DNA from: Octopus bimaculoides | Taxonomy: Eukaryota | Direction: 5' to 3' | DNA: 64,000 nucleotides | Assembly: GCF_001194135.2 (NCBI RefSeq) | Contig: NC_068993.1 | Coordinates: forward strand, 49,870,699 to 49,934,698 | Shown: positions 51,066 to 61,274 of the stretch, piece by piece | Layout of the letters: each line of letters starts with the position of its first letter | Numbering within the stretch: position 1 is the stretch's first letter | Notes under the pieces: model-generated | Databases searched by the model: none | Seen by the model: the letters and a program-made list of their open reading frames with translations, nothing else | What the model was told of the DNA's origin: nothing | Translations under genes and position numbers: made by a program

Positions 51066-51280
51066 TCGATAGTTACTAGTCATACAGATGTAAAACCACA
51101 CTAGGTGTGGTCAGCTGTTATACAAGTACAAATCAAGACTAGATGTGGTCACTGGTCATACAGGTGTAGTACAAAGTTTAGATGGTTACTGTTCAGCCAT
51201 ACAAGTACAATACAACAATAAATGTGGTCAGCAATCATACAATTGTAATGCAAGATGGTCACTAGTCATATATGCTAGTA
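51066..51280. repeat. Degenerate minisatellite, unit about 37 bp, about 6 copies
   Basis: Recurrent TAGATG(T)GGTCA...CATACA. Confidence 0.75.
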
Positions 51281-51837
51281 CTAGAATACTCTCACTCACT
51301 CACTGGCCATAGTAGTTAGTAGACAACCACAAGAGAGTTCCAAGCATTCAGGCATAGATAATTCCCTTATGTGGTGTCATAATCACCTGTACTATTGGTA
51401 CTAGGTAGGATTTAACACAGCCAACAGAACATGCACACACACACACACATTTCTCATGTAGTGAAAGTAGGTTGTTGCATTTCTTTCCTGTTCTCACCCA
51501 TGCTGGTTCTCACCATTCTCGATATCTCAGTTTCTTTATCTCCAACAAATTAAGATATGGCTTCCAAATATTCTGCGTTTTTTTTATCCACATTGCTAGC
51601 ATCAACAGTAATATTATTTTCATGATTATCAGCAACGATAATCTCTCCCTCCCCCCCTCTCTATCTACCTGTCCATTTATCAATCTATTAAAGCAATTTC
51701 TTACTTTTTAACCAACCATCGATATATCTCTTTGCCCATTGTTACTCAGAAAATACGATTCTTTTTTTTAAATGATTATTCAAACATGAAAAAGAATGTT
51801 TCTTGACATGGCTTCTAATCACTCTCATAATATTCTC

Positions 51838-52065
51838 CTCTCATCATCATTAAGATACTTTTTCTTCATCATAAGATTCCTTTCCACATCATAAGATTAT
51901 CCATTGTCATCATAAGTTTCTTCTTTCAGTAAAGTGTCACCTCTCCCACCAAAATATTCTTCTCTCTTCATCATAAGATCCCCATCTATTATATGACTCT
52001 CCTCTCTTCATCATAAGAATCTACTCCCTTCATCATAAACTTCTCTTCTCATCATCATAAGATTT
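51838..52065. repeat. Degenerate minisatellite with recurrent TCATCATAAG(AT)
   Basis: About 7-8 occurrences with pyrimidine-rich spacers. Confidence 0.8.
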
Positions 52066-53566
52066 TTTTTTTTTTCTTTTGTTATATTTTATCAATCTTT
52101 ATGCTTACTCAGCAAATGTAAAAATCTCTCTCCATGGTCACTGAACAACTATGCTTCCTCTCCACCCCCAACCAAATAGTTATCCACCAACCACACAATT
52201 TCTCTCTCCGTATCCCCCCCTCCATCTTTCTCGCTCTCTCTGGTTATTCACACATTCAAAACTTATATTTATGGTTTTACCCAAACAACAACAACAACAA
52301 CAAAAAAAGCAACAAAGAATATTTACCTTTACATGATTGTGGTCACTCATCCAACAATTCTTGAGAGATTCTTCTCTTCTTCTCCTCCAAAGATATCTAA
52401 GTATCATTAAATCTTTCACTGTGGTTACCTAGTCACCATAACATCGTTCATTCTCTCTTTACAAAGTTCTGCATATATTTTTCCAATAGAATCGATTATT
52501 TTAAAATAAAACAAAAATTGGTAAAACAGAAACAAAAAAAAAATGTGGTTGAAATGAAGAGAACAAAAAAGAAAGGAAAGGAAAAGAAAAGAAAATGAAA
52601 CAGAACAAAAAAAAAAAGCTTTATCGCTCCTCTATTAGTTTTCTACATAAAAGTCAATGCGTATTTTATTGTAGCAAATTGTTAAATTAAGACCATGAAA
52701 CTGAGAAGATTCCAAAACAAAATTTGATTGTTTCCTTTGCATTCTTTTCGTCTTTTCTCTCTTTCTTTCCTTCCTTCCTTTNNNNNNNNNNNNNNNNNNN
52801 NNNNNNNNNNNNNNNNNNNNNNNNNNNNNNNNNNNNNNNNNNNNNNNNNNNNNNNNNNNNNNNNNNNNNNNNNNNNNNNNNNNNNNNNNNNNNNNNNNNN
52901 NNNNNNNNNNNNNNNNNNNNNNNNNNNNNNNNNNNNNNNNNNNNNNNNNNNNNNNNNNNNNNNNNNNNNNNNNNNNNNNNNNNNNNNNNNNNNNNNNNNN
53001 NNNNNNNNNNNNNNNNNNNNNNNNNNNNNNNNNNNNNNNNNNNNNNNNNNNNNNNNNNNNNNNNNNNNNNNNNNNNNNNNNNNNNNNNNNNNNNNNNNNN
53101 NNNNNNNNNNNNNNNNNNNNNNNNNNNNNNNNNNNNNNNNNNNNNNNNNNNNNNNNNNNNNNNNNNNNNNNNNNNNNNNNNNNNNNNNNNNNNNNNNNNN
53201 NNNNNNNNNNNNNNNNNNNNNNNNNNNNNNNNNNNNNNNNNNNNNNNNNNNNNNNNNNNNNNNNNNNNNNNNNNNNNNNNNNNNNNNNNNNNNNNNNNNN
53301 NNNNNNNNNNNNNNNNNNNNNNNNNNNNNNNNNNNNNNNNNNNNNNNNNNNNNNNNNNNNNNNNNNNNNNNNNNNNNNNNNNNNNNNNNNNNNNNNNNNN
53401 NNNNNNNNNNNNNNNNNNNNNNNNNNNNNNNNNNNNNNNNNNNNNNNNNNNNNNNNNNNNNNNNNNNNNNNNNNNNNNNNNNNNNNNNNNNNNNNNNNNN
53501 NNNNNNNNNNNNNNNNNNNNNNNNNNNNNNNNNNNNNNNNNNNNNNNNNNNNNNNNNNNNNNNNNN

Positions 53567-53608
<42 letters not shown>

Positions 53609-53639
53609 ACGTATAAACACACATGCACATACACATATA

Positions 53640-53745
53640 TCATTATCATTTTACTGTCCACTTTTCTTGCTTGCATGGGTCAGATAAAAATTTGTTGAGG
53701 CAGATTTTTTTTACAGTAGGGTGCTCTTCCTTTTGCCACCCCCAG
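53640..53745 (-). mobile_element. SINE family D-like fragment
   Basis: CATTTTACTGTCCACTTTTCTTGCTTGCATGGGTCAG and GGTGCTCTTCCT. Confidence 0.55.
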
Positions 53746-53907
53746 GTATGCTTTCATGGAGGATCGTAAGCAAATGGCTTTCTTTGTTTATAATCAATGC
53801 ACACATGTGAAGACAAGAGGAATATACACTCTTACATGCATACACACACACACACACCTGGCTTCTCTCAGTTTCTGTCAGATTTTTACCACATTTGACA
53901 GTGCTTA

Positions 53908-54092
53908 CACATTGTCATTTAACATCTGCTTTCCATGATGGCATGAGTTGAACAGTTCGACAGGTAACCAGCATGTTGCAGGTTTGCAACAGGCTCTAAT
54001 GTCATCTTTGGCATGGTTTCTACCACTGGATGCCCTTCCTAATGCCAACCACACTACAGAGTGTACTGGATGCTTTTTACATGCCACCAGCG
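53908..54092 (-). mobile_element. SINE family D, older copy
   Basis: TTTAACATCTGCTTTCCATG...GGATGCCCTTCCTAATGCCAACCAC...GATGCTTTTTACATGCCACCAGC. Confidence 0.8.
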
Positions 54093-54269
54093 CTACTGAG
54101 TTTGCCTTGAAAATTTACAAGCCATAAAAGAGCAGAGGAAAAGGAAATGGAAGAAAAACTCACTCAGCTAAGAGTGTTGAAAGGGCCATGCATGGCTGAA
54201 GGAGATAAGGTAGTGATGGGGTGCTAGAGCAAACTCTCAAGGAGCAAGGTGAACATAAGTTAGGATACA

Positions 54270-54530
54270 GACAGTGTAGTCATGGGAGAGGATGAGAGAG
54301 TGCGTGCATTAGCAATGGAAGACCAAAGAAGATGTGACATAGTATGCTCTAGGATAGCATGATGGTGACGGGAGTTGACCAGAATGGAGCTAATAGGAAA
54401 GCAAATATTCAGGGTATTTGAAGATGGCTCACTGCCCAGTGTACTGGCAGCACTAGAGGATCTAAGAGCTAAGAGAATTTGTGTGTGTAGGGGGGATATG
54501 TCAAAGGCAGCTAGAAGTGTTTTCTTCATT
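54270..54530 (-). mobile_element. Possible very old Penelope-like RT remnant
   Basis: LLAAFDISPLHTQI loosely resembles VSFD..SLYTNI; weak. Confidence 0.3.
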
Positions 54531-54780
54531 TAAAGAATTATAATACAAAGTCTAACTTCTGAAATAACAGCCACAGTACCCAAGCGGTGGTCTTACTATA
54601 CAAGCAAACAGTAATTGTGTAAACATTCCTAAATACATTCAGCCTAGTGGTCCTTTCAATAGGTATAAGTACAAATTCCCAAATTAATTAAATGATTACA
54701 ATTCAATCACTTGCTAATTACTATTATATAGTTACAGATGCAGGCTCCTACTACAGTTTGCTCAATCATACTTAATATAT

Positions 54781-54930
54781 ATTATTATTATTATTATTCA
54801 GTAGTTTTATTTTTATAACATGCTTTCACTTCACTACCGAGCGCAGCTCTGTGTGCCTTGGGTATGTGCTGTGGTTTGCTGTGATGCTCTTATGGTTACT
54901 GTATTGAAAGTGTTTATTATTATTATTATT
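54781..54930 (-). mobile_element. Short 5'-truncated non-LTR 3' end within (TAA)n, probably R4/Dong-like
   Basis: About 115 bp non-repetitive, CpG-containing insert flanked on both sides by (TTA)n; minus strand begins TLSIQ* and ends AAAAATAAAACTACTG(AAT)n. Clade call rests on recall, not on a protein motif. Confidence 0.55.
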
Positions 54931-55169
54931 ACATTGTTAATATTACTAACCTTGTCAATATCTCAACCCTTGCTTGGGTGCATACATATGGGAGCTACCA
55001 CAATTGCACTTCCATGCATACAAAAATATGCCTAAGGACAGTAATAGTATATAGGAAGGCACCAACTGCAATACAAAGTACAAGCAAATACAATCTAAAG
55101 AGGTGAGAAGTTAATATTAAGTTGTTAAATTTTGTTATACAGTGGTGGTGGTAGTGGTGGGAGGGTCTT

Positions 55170-55300
55170 AAATAAGTAAATCTAATGGGGGTCGCCGATA
55201 AATGGAAGTAGACCCATGCTGACTGAAAATTAGGTCCAGAATGAAATTAAGTTAAGTTAAACAAGCTAACACAGGGTGTAGAAAGTAAAGTTAGTTGCAA
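55170..55300 (-). mobile_element. Possible old Penelope-like RT C-terminal remnant
   Basis: NFILDLIFSQHGSTSIYRRP resembles FLD..I......TS.YRKP. Confidence 0.35.
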
Positions 55301-57052
55301 ATAAAGCCATTGCTGAGGTGACAGGTACAGGACTCATTGGGGAGGGGGGGGGTAATTGTGGGAGGAATGGGTACTTATGCCTTCTGTATTTTAAATTAGG
55401 TTCATAGTTAAAAGAACTGATATTATTAAAGAAAGTGAAAAGGTTATATAGTAAGGAGAGATAGATTAGTTTATAAAGTTTTGTATTAAAAAATAATAAT
55501 CAGTTAGTCAATTGTTCTTGATCAAGATTTCTCCATTTTCTGCTAATTTATATATATATATGATGGGATACTTAGATTATGTGAATTCATTACACATTAG
55601 CATGAACCACTTACTCAGGTCTTCAAAAACAGCTATAAGTGACTTTATTTATCTCCTTTAACTATTCTATGCTTTATCTATTCTTTATTTGTACTCTTCA
55701 TTATGAAGTAAATATCCTCGACTAATGCCAAACACTTTGCTTGTCCATCTTCCATTTTTGGTTTATTTATACCCAATGAATCGGGTACTAAACACCTTAG
55801 ATAAGCAATTTCAACACCTCATTCCCATATGCACTTGAAGCCACAGTTTTGGTGGCAAAACGATCTAAGCACTCATTGTACATACCTATTAATAAATGTT
55901 AATCAATATATACTCCTTGCACTTTATATATATATAAAACTGTGTAAATTTAGCTGTGTCAGTTGCATTCACCAATGTGTGTGTGTGTATGTGTGCGCGT
56001 GCATGTGTGTTTATGATTTTAACTGTATGTATATACCATTGTTGATTCATTGTTGAGAAAGTAAATAAATAATTTTTTAAAGAGCGGTCTTTCTCGGCAA
56101 TTGTTGTTTATTAAATTAATATTCTTCTCCTCTATATAAATGACTTTCTTAATCAACCTCCAATCATTGTCCGTTTTCCTGGACATATCATAGTAATGAT
56201 AAGTATTCTGACTTCTTCTTTATTTATGCCATTCTGCTTCTACTGGTTTCCCTCCCCACAGCTCACCTCTCTCTCTCTCTATTCCAGCAGTTGTATGTTG
56301 TCTAAGTACAAAACATTGCTGCCAACATGGCATTGAGGCCTGATTTATTGGTCAATGTCCAATACTTAACCAGATAGGTAACATAGAAACAGCTTTGTCA
56401 TGTTCTTTAAAGATTTCCTATTGTCATTGTTACAGCAGCTACTAAATCAAATGTCTGGGGTTTTATGTTTCAACACTAAATAATGGCAGTATATAAACCC
56501 TTTATTTCTCTTAGGGTTCATGGCCAGCTATTGTTTCTTTGATCATTGACATTTTTTGCTGCATATATTAGGAGGATCGTTTTTTGTTTTTTTTTATTCT
56601 TTCTCTTTGGCCTTTCAAATTTCTTTATTACTTTTGTTTCATCTTTGGACTGCAAATCTTTAGGGAGAAGATTTTTATTTTTTAGCATAAATCGCTTTGA
56701 TTTCTTCTCTTAGCAATGAGTGCAATGCAACTGAGCAATTCAGTTCAACCACTGAGTCACAAGCCTAAATTTTCTAAACAGTTTTTTATAAGCACTGTCA
56801 AATTGAGATATGGTGCTGACAACACTATCACTTATCTTTGCAATTTTAGTAAATTCACTTCATGGACTTTCTGAATACAAGCTAGAAACAAAGGTACTTT
56901 ATGCAGTATCATTTATTTTCTCCTCTTATAAAATCTCAGGTCATACAAACATTTTAAAATATACTTATTTAAACAATGTTTGATTGTTTTACATATTAGA
57001 AACATATAAACTCAATGTCTGTATACATACTACCATTTTTATTGATGTGTGT

Positions 57053-57628
57053 GCAGGCACAGGTGTGGNNNNNNNNNNNNNNNNNNNNNNNNNNNNNNNN
57101 NNNNNNNNNNNNNNNNNNNNNNNNNNNNNNNNNNNNNNNNNNNNNNNNNNNNNNNNNNNNNNNNNNNNNNNNNNNNNNNNNNNNNNNNNNNNNNNNNNNN
57201 NNNNNNNNNNNNNNNNNNNNNNNNNNNNNNNTATATATAAGAAGCTTGCTTCCCCAACCACATGGTCCTGGGTTCAGTCCCACTGTGTGGTACCTTGGAC
57301 AAGTGTCTTCTATTATAGTCTCGAGCTGACCAAAGCCTTGTGAGTGAATTTGGTAGATGGAAACTAAAAGAACCTCATTACATATATATATGTATTATCT
57401 TTTTATCTATGTGTGTGTGTTTTCTGTCTTTGTTTGTCCCCATCACTGCTTGACAACCAGTGTTGGTGCGTTTACATCCCCGTAACTAAGCAGTTTGGCA
57501 AAAACAGACCGATAGAATAAGTACCAGGCTTAGAGGAAAGAGTAAGTCTTAGCGTTGATTTGTTCGACTGGACCCTTCAGGGCAGTGCCCCAGTAAACCA
57601 TAGTCAAATGACTGAAACAAATCAAGAT
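57053..57628 (+). mobile_element. SINE family B with gap and (TA)n inside its tRNA head
   Basis: GGCACAGGTGTGG before the gap; AGAAGCTTGCTTCCCCAACCACATGGTCCTGGGTTCAGTCCC after it; full 3' module follows. Confidence 0.85.
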
Positions 57629-57849
57629 ATATACATATATATATAACAAATCTAATTTCCTTTTGGACATACACTTTTTTTATATACATCAGCAATGACT
57701 TTCTCACTGTATATCACGCAAATGTAATTCTTTTTTCCCAAATAAATTGCTCTTCATATTTCAGGCTCCAATGAAGCCATAAGATGTTATTCAAACACTC
57801 AGCTACAAATCCACTGCTTTAAGCTAGTGACGGTCATAATATAACCATT

Positions 57850-58217
57850 GTGGATCTATTTTAAAACGGGGGCGCCAGTTTTCATTTATGTTTTATGTAG
57901 TGTTTTTGGTACGGAAAGACTTTCAAACTTCGTATACTTATCTATTTTGTGTTATAGAACAGAAAAATATTTTTGTATTCGAATTTATTTCATGTAAAAA
58001 ATTGTCTTATTTCGATAATTTCTACTAATCACTGACGTCTATTCAGTTGAAAACAGTTAGCGCTGTAACGGTGTATATCGTATTAATCCACTAACCCTAA
58101 CCCTAACCAGACTGTTAACCGTAACTGTAACCCTAACTCTAACCCTAAAACTAACCCTAACTCTAGAATCCGAACTCTAAAATTGTTACACACATAGATA
58201 CGCACAGCGTAATTTAT
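57850..58217. mobile_element. Young CpG-containing interspersed element with degenerate (TAACCC)n tract, truncated by gap
   Basis: CpG density well above flanks; 58091-58164 carries CTAACCCTAACCCTAACC...TAACCCTAACTCTAACCCTAAAACTAACCCTAACTCTA. Confidence 0.55.
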
Positions 58218-59837
58218 NNNNNNNNNNNNNNNNNNNNNNNNNNNNNNNNNNNNNNNNNNNNNNNNNNNNNNNNNNNNNNNNNNNNNNNNNNNNNNNNNNN
58301 NNNNNNNNNNNNNNNNNNNNNNNNNNNNNNNNNNNNNNNNNNNNNNNNNNNNNNNNNNNNNNNNNNNNNNNNNNNNNNNNNNNNNNNNNNNNNNNNNNNN
58401 NNNNNNNNNNNNNNNNNNNNNNNNNNNNNNNNNNNNNNNNNNNNNNNNNNNNNNNNNNNNNNNNNNNNNNNNNNNNNNNNNNNNNCACTCAATACTCAGC
58501 TAACACTTTGTTCTGAAACATCTAGAGCTAAGTGGCATGTCTAAGAATAATGTTCAGTCTTGTGGATTAGACACAAATCTCATGACCTTTCAGTGTCTGA
58601 TATCATGTCCAACTTTTTATTTTCCACAATCTTCATTGGACAAGTTTCGTATGCACCTGGCCTTCTCCCACCTCTGACAGTCCATGACATGTAACAATCA
58701 TGTAGAGTAACTTTCCCACCATTCTGCTTTTGGTCTTTATATCAAAACATAAACCAATTGAATAGTAAACTAACCAGCTGCTCCGTCGTTGATGCTGACA
58801 AAGTGAACAAGTTCAAAATCTCCTCCCACTTCAAAAGAAAATGCAGCAACAAACAAGAAAATTACAAACATTAAAGAAAACAAATATAACAAATACAGTG
58901 TTCTTTGGGAGTATTTTAGTGTAAAAAAAAAAAAATAAAGGGAACAGGGTGTGAAGGAAATCCTGTGGTTAATTGGCTGTCTATTTAGAATGTGCAGTGG
59001 CCTTTATCAACTACTGATCCACAACTGTTTTGTTGATGTCCAGCCTCTCAGTTTAAGGAAAATAACCCACCAGTAGGTGGTTGACCAGAAAGCTAATGGA
59101 AGCATTTTCTTGTCTTCCAGGTTAATTATCTATTTTTGTATGTGTATGTATGAGCTTATGTGGTTTTTAAATGCCTTTACACAAACGCTTTTATGTTGGC
59201 ATGTAAGAGTGTGTAGGTGTGGATACGCATGTGTATGTATGTATATATATATATATAATATATATATATATGCACACGCACGCACACACACATGTCTTTG
59301 TATGTGTGTGTCATATACTCTCAGCCATCACACATCCTACATGGACCCATAATTATTGCTTTTTCCTTTTTGTTCCCTCAACAATAATTATACAGTTGTA
59401 AGTATATATAATTAGTATAAACATTGTACCCCTGTGTATGTGTGTGTGTTATGGATGTTACAAGAAAGGGAGCAAAGAAAGGGAGAAATCAACAAATACA
59501 CTAGGTAAAAAATAAAACAAAACAAAAAAAAATCGCTAATATATTTTCTTCTCTATTTTTCTGAGAGGATTCTGGATAAATAAACAGAACATTGAATGAT
59601 AAGAAAACCGTTATTGTTGTATCAGTTGATACTGATGTCTTTGTGTAGCCTCAGGGCAGTTGCTCTAGTTAAACATATCTGTATTTGAAGGTGTTTCAGC
59701 TGTGAGAATCCCAGTCATATTTTTATTCAGGTATGGTGTACATAAGACTACATCATCCAATGTGTCCTGTCTTTTGGCTGCTATATCTAGCTAGTTGGGC
59801 AACCATGTTGGGGCTTCCTTATTGGCTCCTAATGCAT

Positions 59838-59869
<32 letters not shown>

Positions 59870-60087
59870 TGGCTAAGGTGGCAGTGGTAGCAATGGTTGT
59901 TACGTAAATGTTCCATTCTGAATTTAAAGAAACAATTTCTAAACTTGAAGAACCCATACCAAATGGGCTGACTGTCCCCCTTCTCACCCTCTTTACATCA
60001 TTATAAGGCATTCACATAATGTCATTATATTGTTAGAGATAACATATAGAGGATGTAAACTAATCTTCATTACTTCACTGAACCATT

Positions 60088-60275
60088 GAGGTGGTGAGCT
60101 GGCAGAACCATTGGGACATAGATAAAAATACCATGTGATATCCGTTCCAGCTCTTTACATTCTGAGTTCAAATCCTGCCCGTCAACTTATTCTTTCATAC
60201 CTCCAAACTATATAAAATATAATGCCAGTCAAATCTCTCCTTAAAATTGCTGGCCTTGTGCCTACATTAGAAACA
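60088..60275 (+). mobile_element. SINE family C, internally deleted
   Basis: GGTGGTGAGCTGGCAGAACC...TTCTGAGTTCAAATCCTGCC...AAAATTGCTGGCCTTGTGCCTACATTAGAAAC. Confidence 0.75.
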
Positions 60276-60429
60276 AAAATTTCACTGAACCATACAATTT
60301 GTTTCTAGTTAATTATTCACAGAGTGACAGGTTTTGGTAACAACTGCAATGTTTGCTGGTGTGAATAATTATCTTTGACAGTGTCGTCATCATATTGCTG
60401 TCATCATCATCATCATCATCAGATGTCTG

Positions 60430-60714
60430 CTAGTCTATACTGCCATGTATTGGACAAGTTTCTATATTGGACAAACGAGCCTCCCGTTGCGTAGAAGAGT
60501 AGCAGGCCATAAAGAACAAATAAATCTCCCTCAATACCGCCAAATTCCACTCAGTGGCCATATAGACTCTTGCGCCAGAAACAAAAACCCTAAATTCCTT
60601 ATATTCCCTTTCTATCAATGTAAAGACAGAATCTCCACACAAGACAGAATCAACAAGGAGAATCTTTTCATAGAGAAATTCCAACCATTTCTTAACATAC
60701 ATACCCCTCAGTGA
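60430..60714 (+). mobile_element. GIY-YIG endonuclease C-terminus of a Penelope-like element (5'-truncated)
   Basis: LVYTAMYWTSFYIGQTSLPLRRRVAGHKEQI...DRINKENLFIEKFQPFLN: YIGQT, R...H, catalytic E and terminal LN are present; no stops over about 95 codons. Confidence 0.85.
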
Positions 60715-61243
60715 CCTTATTTCTCTAGGAACAGACATAAACTTCCTGTTGAAAAAGAGTTCATNNNNNNNNNNNNNNNNNNNNNNNNNNNNNNNNNNNN
60801 NNNNNNNNNNNNNNNNNNNNNNNNNNNNNNNNNNNNNNNNNNNNNNNNNNNNNNNNNNNNNNNNNNNNNNNNNNNNNNNNNNNNNNNNNNNNNNNNNNNN
60901 NNNNNNNNNNNNNNNNNNNNNNNNNNNNNNNNNNNNNNNNNNNNNNNNNNNNNNNNNNNNNNNNNNNNNNNNNNNNNNNNNNNNNNNNNNNNNNNNNNNN
61001 NNNNNNNNNNNNNNNNNNNNNNNNNNNNNNNNNNNNNNNNNNNNNNNNNNNNNNNNNNNNNNNNNNNNNNNNNNNNNNNNNNNNNNNNNNNNNNNNNNNN
61101 NNNNNNNNNNNNNNNNNNNNNNNNNNNNNNNNNNNNNNNNNNNNNNNNNNNNNNNNNNNNNNNNNNNNNNNNNNNNNNNNNNNNNNNNNNNNNNNNNNNN
61201 NNNNNNNNNNNNNNNNNNNNNNNNNNNNNNNNNNNNNNNNNNN

Positions 61244-61274
<31 letters not shown>

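Larger units (their letters stand above)
3454..61243. other. Sixteen assembly gaps (about 3454-4087, 5691-5700, 10326-10622, 12237-12246, 15770-16128, 16779-17314, 20122-20264, 21091-21912, 26733-26743, 35313-36089, 46261-47056, 49206-49313, 52782-53565, 57069-57231, 58218-58485, 60765-61243)
   Basis: N runs; many abut (TA)n or (CA)n. Confidence 0.98.

Noticed and set aside
51838-52065. CRISPR-like repeat-spacer appearance
   Set aside because: Eukaryotic context, repeat only 10-12 nt, irregular low-complexity spacers, no cas genes.
56320-56385. Strong Kozak GCCAACATGG with splice-like flanks
   Set aside because: ORF is 16 aa and stops at the donor; no further support.
56555-56712. Lys-rich minus-strand frame KKSKRFMLKNKNLLPKDLQSKDETKVIKKFERPKRK
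   Set aside because: Expected from a T-rich plus strand; acceptor weak.
58091-58164. True or fused telomere
   Set aside because: Short, degenerate and embedded in a dispersed-repeat-like segment.
59610-59670. IVVSVDTDVFV resembling a DTDV nuclease motif of some DNA transposons
   Set aside because: Eleven residues flanked by stops; nothing else aligns.
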